From positions 5,880 through 69,879 of the IMG/VR virus record IMGVR_UViG_3300014205_000218: DNA of 64,000 nt, one strand, 5' to 3'. This document shows, in pieces, positions 56,961 through 64,000 of this stretch. This stretch comes from a virus (taxonomy: Duplodnaviria > Caudoviricetes). A program made the translations under genes and the position numbers. Numbering within the stretch: position 1 is the first letter of the stretch; every line of letters starts with the position of its first letter. A model generated the notes under the pieces. That model searched no databases and had not been told where the DNA came from. It saw only the letters and a program-made list of their open reading frames with translations.

Positions 56961-58220
56961 ATGAAAACACTACTGATTCTCGTCCTCGCGGCCTCGTTGG
57001 CGTCGGCGCAGACATACAATCCGTTTACTAAAAAACTCGACTTCGCGACCGGCGAAAAAGGCGACCAGGGCGACCCTGGAACCAGCGGCACGAACGCCAT
57101 TTGCGCCTGGGCGGATAACTCCAGCGGCTCCGGGTTCAGCCTCACAACGCGCAAGAACTGGCAGGCGTGCAAGGTGTTTGCTGCCAACATAACGACGCCC
57201 ACGAACAGCGACTACGACTCCGATGATTGGCAGTGGATCAAGCCAATCTCCCCGGCGGGGGCCTGGGAAGTTGGAACCACCTACGCGGCTGGCGCACTGG
57301 TGACATATAAGCGATCCACGTACCGGAGCTATGCGGCGGCGAACGTCGGAAACGCTCCAGTGGAGAATTCGGCGTATTGGGAACTGGTGGCGGGCGCCGG
57401 ATACGACGGCGTGATTCGCATGGTGGATACTTCATCGAGCACGACGGCGTACACATGCACGCTCTCGAATCAGACCGCATATTGGGCGAGTGGCGCGATA
57501 AAGGCCACTGATATTGCGCCAGGCGCGGCGTTGATGGTGGTCGTGAATAACGCCAACACTGGAACCACGCCAACGATGAATTGCTCCTCACTCGGCGCGA
57601 AGACCATCGTGCAATCGGATGGCTCGGCGGTACTAGTGGGGCAGGTGGCGGCAGGCGTGCCGCATCCCGCGATGTGGGACGGGACGTATGTCCGTCTTCA
57701 GAATCCTCTCATCCGTACCGTGGTTTCCGTGCCTGTGGCGACGTGCCAGGGGACGGACGCATTCACCGGGTTCGCGTTACCCGCGAGCAGCCCCGCGGTA
57801 CCAGCGTGTGTGACCGGAACGAATAGCAACTATGGCGTGCTCGGGTTTGCGAATTCAGGAACCACTACGGCTGCGGATCAGTTGAACGTACCGGCGAATA
57901 TCCTCCGCGCCGATCTCAGCCTGGAACTGTCAACTTCGGCGACAACGGGAAATTACGTGCCGCAAGGCAAGTATCTCTGCGTGGCGGCTGGTGAAGATAC
58001 CGACGGCTCCATGACGACGTTCTCCAGCCCTCCAACTGTGGCGGCGAATGCCACAGCGAATCGACCAGCATACGGCACGTTCACGGGTGTAATCCCGGCC
58101 TCGTGTGCGGGAAAATCCTTGCAATATCAAATCTTCCGTGATCCTTCTCATACCTCTGATACCGCGGCTGCAACCGTGAATCTCAAGACGCTGACCTGGA
58201 TTTTCTACTCCGTGAAATAG
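56961..58220 (+). CDS. Fibre-like protein with short collagen repeat and CBM5/12-like module
   Basis: GEKGDQGDPG; AWEVGTTYAAGALVTY...AYWELV. Confidence 0.65.
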   Translation: MKTLLILVLAASLASAQTYNPFTKKLDFATGEKGDQGDPGTSGTNAICAWADNSSGSGFSLTTRKNWQACKVFAANITTPTNSDYDSDDWQWIKPISPAGAWEVGTTYAAGALVTYKRSTYRSYAAANVGNAPVENSAYWELVAGAGYDGVIRMVDTSSSTTAYTCTLSNQTAYWASGAIKATDIAPGAALMVVVNNANTGTTPTMNCSSLGAKTIVQSDGSAVLVGQVAAGVPHPAMWDGTYVRLQNPLIRTVVSVPVATCQGTDAFTGFALPASSPAVPACVTGTNSNYGVLGFANSGTTTAADQLNVPANILRADLSLELSTSATTGNYVPQGKYLCVAAGEDTDGSMTTFSSPPTVAANATANRPAYGTFTGVIPASCAGKSLQYQIFRDPSHTSDTAAATVNLKTLTWIFYSVK

Positions 58221-58234
58221 GCCCGTTAATAGCC

Positions 58235-61200
58235 ATGCGAATCATTTTTGCTATCCTTCTTTGCGGTATCCCTGCGTTCGGCGCGGCCCGCACATCCACC
58301 CAAGCTGGGGCATGGAGCGATTCAGCCACCTGGGGAGGCAGCGCCCCTCCAGGCAACGGGGACACCGCAACCGTCTGCCATGTGGTGCATGTGGATACGT
58401 CGGTCACGGTTGGCGATTCGCCAAACCAGATGTACGCCACTACACCGGCAATCCACGTTCAAACCAACGGCTCTACGTGTTTGGGAGAGGTGGAGATTCG
58501 TTCAGGCGGCACGCTGACCGTTCGTGGCGACGTGAAAATGACCAGCGTTGCGAGTTCCACTTCGCGTATTTCCACATTTGAAGTGCAGCGCGGCGGTACG
58601 TGGCAATTCGACTCATCCCAGGCGTCGAATCCCGGTGTCATTGTTTACCGGCTCTACAACGCGGTGTCGAACTCTTACGTGAATCTCTTTATGGGCCAGG
58701 ATGGAGGCTCGGGGACCGCGACATTCACGAGCATGACGACCAACGGCGCTGCGTATGGAGTGATGTACGACCAAACGACCGGGCGCCCGAACATCAAGAT
58801 TGCTCACGCCGATATCTCAAAGTGCGGCACGCAGTTTCAGTACAACTCCTCTTCAACGCCTGCTATCACGGACGTTTCAGTCACATCCAACGTCGCCACG
58901 GTAACGTTCGACGGGCCGCATGGGCTCTACAACAGCGGGAACCGGTTCTGGTTCCGGCAGAATTCGACCGGCCCGCACTTCTCCTCGAATGATTTCACGG
59001 TCGCGAGTGTCCCAACGGCTAATTCTCTGACGTTTGCCGTCACGGCTGCCAATGCTACGGGGCTGCTGAATGCGAACACGTACCTAACGGTCTCCAACGC
59101 GTGTATAGAATTCGAGCTATCGAACAATAACAACGCCTTTGAAGGGTTCGTTATGTCGGATACCGTGATGGACGATACCAACGGTGTCGGCGTAGGCCGG
59201 GCGATCAATACCAGCGGAACCGGCGCGGATATTATCTCGATCACTCGGACTAAAATCGTGAATCGCATCGCGGATGTGGATGGCGCCCGCATCCGTGGAA
59301 GCCTCATGGTAATAGTGAACGGTTCCGCAATTACGACCAATGGAACCACCGGGATTATTGGCGTCCGGGAGATAGTGGATAGCTATATTGAATCGCCATC
59401 TACCGCCACCCAGTCTTACTATGGCGGATTCACGATCAGTGGGAGTGTTTTCACCGGGAATATTGATACGAACGTCAGCGCGGGCGCAAGCGTGCCTACT
59501 GCGAACGTGATGGGCGGGTTTTCAAATAACGTCCACTTGAAGAACGTCGCGGTAGAAACATCGAAGTTATCCGGCGATTGGACCGACAATTTTTTTATAC
59601 AGACGAAGGATTTGAACAGTTCCGGATCGAACCCTCACGGATGGTCAAACGAGTCACGTGCTGATGCAGTGATCTCCGGGAACCTCTTTGAATTCGCGTA
59701 TACATCCACTGGTCCATCTGAAGCGAACCTGGTGAACCAGATGTATTGCAATACGGATTGCTCCGCCTACACCCACACGTACAAAAACAACATCGTACTG
59801 CCTGCTAGCTACTACACCTATGAGCAGGATTTAGACCCTGAAGTAGATGCGGTCCTCGGTTCGAGCATCTTCATGAACCAAATCGGCACTACGACGAATT
59901 TCCCCGTTCTGAAGTTGGAGCACAATACGGCTGGCCCGCTTTTTGGCGTTTGCTGTACCGGTTCCCCTTATTTCGGCGAAGGTGGGAACGCGGTCACTGG
60001 ATCGATTGACTACTTCCAGTCGAACTTGCAATGGCAAACCACTGCAGCCGCCGGGACATCTTACGCGTGGACTACGGATTCTTCGTACCGCGCCACGCTC
60101 GCCGTAGATCCCGTCACGCCCGCGAATACAACCCACAACGCTTGCGGGAACTGCAAGACAGTCCCGGCTATGACGTGGACCGTCTCCGGGAAAGACCAAT
60201 CGAACGGTACTGTTTACGATATTCCGACTTCGGCTGTGCCTGGCGCAAACGACTTGGCAACCTCTGAAATGCCTGGGTTTGTGGATGCAAAACGGTCGTT
60301 TCGGTCCTGCGCGGATCACGCGCTAGGGTTGCCATTCGGCAGTTCCACGTTGGATTCGACTATCGAATATCTAACGGATGACCTGTCTACCCAGGCACAG
60401 AAAATCGCTGATTGCGTGGCGTACGTGAAGGCTGGTTTCGCACCGACAAACGAAGCCTATCGTGGAGCCGGGCATGATGGCGAAGACATCGGCGCTATAC
60501 CGATGGCGGCGGAAGCCTCGACTTCGGCATACAAGCCGATGTCCAAAAAAAGCATCGCCCCTGCTGCGCCTAAGAAGCAGTATGTGTTGGCGTGGGTCGA
60601 TAACACAAACAGCGCGGCGTCTACGGATGCCTGGATTGGCCGGGCGGTCGCCGCCGGCTTGAATGGCATCATTATCACGGTTCAGCCCAACCGGTATTTG
60701 AATTACCGGCAATGTACACAGGGCGAGCCGTTGTACTCGGAATTGTCCGGAGCGACTGATATCTATCCCGGCGGGTTCGACGCGCTCGATTATGTGATTC
60801 GCCAGGGACGCGCAGCCGGGCTGGAGGTTCACCTCTGGCAGGCGGCCAATTTCATGGCGTATGAGGCTGATGACATTCATGTCCCTACTCACGTCTGGAC
60901 GCTGCACGGGCTGTCGGCCACGGGTGACGACAGTTGGCTCACGAAGCGGTCGGACGGTTTTTTCCCAGGGGATCGGAATCTCCTGCTTGATCCCGGCAAC
61001 CCGGCGGCGATGCGGTGGACGGTCAATCAGATTGTCGGCCCGCTTGGCTGCTATCAGCCTGACGGCATCCAGGTCGATTACATCCGCTACCCCTACGTGA
61101 GTTCCGGGAAATGGTTTGGCTATAACCAGACGAGCATTGACCGATTTAACAGAATTCTCGGGAAGTCAGGATGGCCCGTGGAGACAGATTCGGATTGGCA

Positions 61201-62011
61201 GGATTGGCGCCGGGAACAGGTCTACCATGAAATGCGGCAGGTGTTTTACCGGGCGAAAGAACTCCGGCCAAACGTCAAGGTTTCCTTTTCGCCGGTCGTC
61301 TGGGGTAACTACCCCGGCTCCGCCCCTGTCGGAGAGGACTTCAGCACCACGGAACCGTATCGAAACGGTTTTGTGGACTGGCACGCCATGATTCAGGATG
61401 AGATCGTAGATTTCGCCGCGCCGTTCATCTACCGGCACGAGAACGATGCGGGTGAAGTGGCAACGTTCAATTCCTGGGTGGCATGGATGGGGCAGCACCA
61501 GCACACTAGAATGATTGCCGTCGGGCTCGGGTACTATCTGGGAGGTAACACTGATGCCAACAATCAAGCGCAAGCAAAACGTGCCCTTGCAGCCGGGAAT
61601 AAGGGGTTTGCCGCGTTCGATTTGAACTGCTTCTCCATGGGCGAATCGCTGTGCGGAGCGCTGAACGCGCAATCGTTTATCTCTCACAAGTCACAATTCC
61701 CAGAGAAGCCCGCAATCCCGGATTTCCCGTGGATGACTTCGCCGTTCAAGGGGTGGCTCATGGGCGATGTTTCGGTTGGCTCGGGAGCCTCGTACTTGAA
61801 TGACCGGCTCACGGTCACGATCAAGGAAAGCGCCACTGGTGATACCGTCAAGACTTTACTGACGGACGGGTCCGGGTTCTGGGGAGCAACCCTCTATCCG
61901 GGGTTCTACAAGATCGAGATTTCAGGGGCCGGGATCAGCACCTACACATCCGGGCCTCTGGAGATCCGAGCGGGGGCGCCGACGCGTCAGGATGCCTCGG
62001 TTGCGCCGTAA
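58235..62011 (+). CDS. Large multidomain protein: G8-like N-terminus, beta-helix, C-terminal GHL10/YddW-like glycoside hydrolase and beta-sandwich
   Basis: GAWSDSATWG...GDTATV (G8-like); AAGLNGIIITV, FDALDYVI...GLEVHLW, LLLDPGNP, DGIQVDYIRYP (GHL10-like). Confidence 0.7.
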   Translation: MRIIFAILLCGIPAFGAARTSTQAGAWSDSATWGGSAPPGNGDTATVCHVVHVDTSVTVGDSPNQMYATTPAIHVQTNGSTCLGEVEIRSGGTLTVRGDVKMTSVASSTSRISTFEVQRGGTWQFDSSQASNPGVIVYRLYNAVSNSYVNLFMGQDGGSGTATFTSMTTNGAAYGVMYDQTTGRPNIKIAHADISKCGTQFQYNSSSTPAITDVSVTSNVATVTFDGPHGLYNSGNRFWFRQNSTGPHFSSNDFTVASVPTANSLTFAVTAANATGLLNANTYLTVSNACIEFELSNNNNAFEGFVMSDTVMDDTNGVGVGRAINTSGTGADIISITRTKIVNRIADVDGARIRGSLMVIVNGSAITTNGTTGIIGVREIVDSYIESPSTATQSYYGGFTISGSVFTGNIDTNVSAGASVPTANVMGGFSNNVHLKNVAVETSKLSGDWTDNFFIQTKDLNSSGSNPHGWSNESRADAVISGNLFEFAYTSTGPSEANLVNQMYCNTDCSAYTHTYKNNIVLPASYYTYEQDLDPEVDAVLGSSIFMNQIGTTTNFPVLKLEHNTAGPLFGVCCTGSPYFGEGGNAVTGSIDYFQSNLQWQTTAAAGTSYAWTTDSSYRATLAVDPVTPANTTHNACGNCKTVPAMTWTVSGKDQSNGTVYDIPTSAVPGANDLATSEMPGFVDAKRSFRSCADHALGLPFGSSTLDSTIEYLTDDLSTQAQKIADCVAYVKAGFAPTNEAYRGAGHDGEDIGAIPMAAEASTSAYKPMSKKSIAPAAPKKQYVLAWVDNTNSAASTDAWIGRAVAAGLNGIIITVQPNRYLNYRQCTQGEPLYSELSGATDIYPGGFDALDYVIRQGRAAGLEVHLWQAANFMAYEADDIHVPTHVWTLHGLSATGDDSWLTKRSDGFFPGDRNLLLDPGNPAAMRWTVNQIVGPLGCYQPDGIQVDYIRYPYVSSGKWFGYNQTSIDRFNRILGKSGWPVETDSDWQDWRREQVYHEMRQVFYRAKELRPNVKVSFSPVVWGNYPGSAPVGEDFSTTEPYRNGFVDWHAMIQDEIVDFAAPFIYRHENDAGEVATFNSWVAWMGQHQHTRMIAVGLGYYLGGNTDANNQAQAKRALAAGNKGFAAFDLNCFSMGESLCGALNAQSFISHKSQFPEKPAIPDFPWMTSPFKGWLMGDVSVGSGASYLNDRLTVTIKESATGDTVKTLLTDGSGFWGATLYPGFYKIEISGAGISTYTSGPLEIRAGAPTRQDASVAP

Positions 62012-62012
62012 A

Positions 62013-62888
62013 CTAGATAATCTCAGTCCAGGTTTCAGTGGCGTCTAAATCCCCAATCAGGAACGCTGAATATCTGGCCCCAGTTTGTCTGATTCCGGCC
62101 AATGCGGGGGAGAACCCCAAGTGTAAATTTGGGAGCACGGTAACTCCCCCGCAATGCGCCATCAGCCCGCGCATGGCCTCCGCATCCACTGCGCGAACGT
62201 GATGAAGCGATGATTGAACCTGCCCTCCCGATAGCCGGGTTTGCTCGTGAACGGCGCATCCGACGATATGGCTTCCACGGAATACCGCCAGTAATCGACG
62301 GTCGCTGGGCGCGTGCAGATAATGCGCCGATTCCAGAACCGGGATGATCGCCTGATTGTTCTCCGGGCTGAGATCCCGGTACGCCCCCTGCCACGCATCC
62401 ACCCTTACCTCCTCAACCTCCACCCCTCCGGTCGCTACCCTCCCAACACCTGCGTACACCTGGCAATCATCAATCTGCCGGTAATCCCTTAACGGCAAAA
62501 GCATTTTCTCTCCTGCCGTTCCAGCCTGCGCGAACAACAAGCACGGCACGCCTGCCGACTTCAGCGCCCTCGTGAGCGATCTCAGAACCGATACTGGGAG
62601 TGCTGGCGATGCGCCCGGCTTAGCGGAAAAGAACGAGGAAATATAGATATCCCGCTCGACACCCGCCACGCTTACTCGATGGCCCATAGCGCAGACAAAC
62701 ACCGACGGGCGCCCGTCGTCATACGCCATGAATGAGATTGGATCAAGCCCGCTTGGAGTGGAAAACCGCCATGTCAGAAGCCGCGCATCGTAATCAAGGC
62801 ATGGAGCATGAAAGGCCGATTTTATAATCTGGCTGGCAGTTTCGACCTGCTCTATTGGGTTGATGGCGGCCACTAACACTGAATTCAT
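62013..62888 (-). CDS. GNAT-fold protein
   Basis: LLTWRF...SFMAYDDGRPSVFV...IYISSFFSAKP; weak GNAT pattern. Confidence 0.45.
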   Translation of the reverse strand: MNSVLVAAINPIEQVETASQIIKSAFHAPCLDYDARLLTWRFSTPSGLDPISFMAYDDGRPSVFVCAMGHRVSVAGVERDIYISSFFSAKPGASPALPVSVLRSLTRALKSAGVPCLLFAQAGTAGEKMLLPLRDYRQIDDCQVYAGVGRVATGGVEVEEVRVDAWQGAYRDLSPENNQAIIPVLESAHYLHAPSDRRLLAVFRGSHIVGCAVHEQTRLSGGQVQSSLHHVRAVDAEAMRGLMAHCGGVTVLPNLHLGFSPALAGIRQTGARYSAFLIGDLDATETWTEII

Positions 62889-62984
62889 AATTCCTCCGAA
62901 ACTCGCCTGACAGCATATCACTGTTAGGCGAGTTAACGAAGGTGGCGTTTTCTATCCCCTTGAACCTGCGAGGTTTACGCTCTC

Positions 62985-64000
62985 TTAAGCCAACCTCAAC
63001 CCGTACACGCACTTCTTATCCCGGAATCGCCCGCGATCCTTGCATTTCTCAACCTTGAATCCGGCCGATTTCAGCATCGATATTGTTGCTCGGGATTCAT
63101 AGACGCGCTTGGAGTACGTCGAAAATGCATCGTTGAACTCCGACACTAGAACCGGGATATCAGGGTCCACTGGCGTATCGTCATCTTCCTTGGTGACGCA
63201 TTTGTCCGCGATAAACATATTAATCGGATTCTCGCGCTCCCGGTAATCCTCAAGCGCTTTTTCCGACTCCATGATGCGCGTGAAATCGCCATCGTTCGCC
63301 GCTAGCCGCTTCGCCCCTTCAATCGCCCAATACAGTATCCCTTCCAAATCGCTCCTCAATAAATCCATGATGTTGCGATTCCGCTTGGCCGCCGGGATCT
63401 TGTGGTTAAACTGGATCAGCAGTAGCCGGTTGAATGTCGCCGCCGACATATCGTTGACTTTCGGAAGCGAGTTACACACCACAACGTGCTTCGCGATTGG
63501 CTTGTATAGGATTGCCTTCTCATACTTCGGGTCCACCTGAATGGATTCCTCGGTGGAAATCAGCTTCTTGAACCCGCCGTCCGCGATGATGGATTTGCTT
63601 GTGAGTTCCGTCAGGATGTTGACCATCTTCCCGAGGATCGGCTCCAGTTTCCGCGGCTCATCCATATCCTCAACTGAAATGGAGCACGTATTCATCGCGC
63701 CCACCATGTTTTGAATTACGGTCGCGATCTGAGACTTGCCGGTGTCCGTATCGCCATACAGGCAGAGTGCTTTCTTATACCGCGCGTGGGGCATGAGGCA
63801 GTAGCCCATGAACTCCTGTAGCGCGGATATTTTGTGCTCACATTCGGCGTCCTGATCGAAATACAACTGCAACGCGGCCAGCCAATGCGGACATGGCTTT
63901 TGCCCCATGTAGCGCACCGGCGGAATTGCTTCGAGGTAGTCTTCTTTCCGATGCGACCGGAGTTCGCCCGTGTCCACCGACACGACGCCGTTCCATACCG
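62985..64000 (-). CDS. P4/D5-family primase-helicase (SF3); 5' end lies outside the window
   Basis: NGVVSVDTGEL, LQEFMGYCL, LYGDTDTGKS, VVVCNSLP, FNRLLLIQF. Confidence 0.9.
   Translation of the reverse strand, partial: VWNGVVSVDTGELRSHRKEDYLEAIPPVRYMGQKPCPHWLAALQLYFDQDAECEHKISALQEFMGYCLMPHARYKKALCLYGDTDTGKSQIATVIQNMVGAMNTCSISVEDMDEPRKLEPILGKMVNILTELTSKSIIADGGFKKLISTEESIQVDPKYEKAILYKPIAKHVVVCNSLPKVNDMSAATFNRLLLIQFNHKIPAAKRNRNIMDLLRSDLEGILYWAIEGAKRLAANDGDFTRIMESEKALEDYRERENPINMFIADKCVTKEDDDTPVDPDIPVLVSEFNDAFSTYSKRVYESRATISMLKSAGFKVEKCKDRGRFRDKKCVYGLRLA

Larger units (their letters stand above)
1..64000. mobile_element. Temperate phage / prophage, probably podovirus-like; incomplete at the right edge
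   Basis: Integrase plus tRNA-derived att core, divergent repressor switch, TerL, portal, scaffold, capsid, lysozyme and primase; no host core genes. No tape-measure, sheath or tail-tube gene recognised. Confidence 0.95.

Overview
The whole 64 kb window is a temperate phage genome or prophage (roughly 55-60% GC by eye) with no host housekeeping genes. Layout: an att core (3' half of tRNA-Arg CCG, with an IHF consensus site) and a tyrosine integrase; a long leftward early/accessory operon (three DNA methyltransferases, ASCH proteins, HD hydrolase, Sak4-like ATPase/SSB, nucleotidyltransferase, deaminase, PEP-CTERM protein); a divergent switch built from ribbon-helix-helix proteins; several small regulated operons; a putative small terminase; an accessory island; a late operon (head-spike module, TerL, portal, scaffold, major capsid, podovirus-like tail and ejection proteins, lysis cassette, tail/glycan-binding proteins); and a convergent GNAT gene plus a P4/D5-type primase-helicase that runs off the right edge. 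The standout is the island at about 22.9-25.4 kb. A serine resolvase is divergent from an HTH gene, a Cas7/RAMP-like gene, a coupled accessory gene, and a ~330-nt non-coding array of GGY-NN pentamers split into about 6 units by a conserved GCAGGC(G/T)AGG junction. This looks like a minimal RNA-guided system whose guide information lies in the variable NN dinucleotides; from memory it resembles the recently reported VIPR-type systems, which needs verification. All protein calls come from motif recognition by eye; no database searches were run. An Acidobacteriota-like host is a weak inference only.
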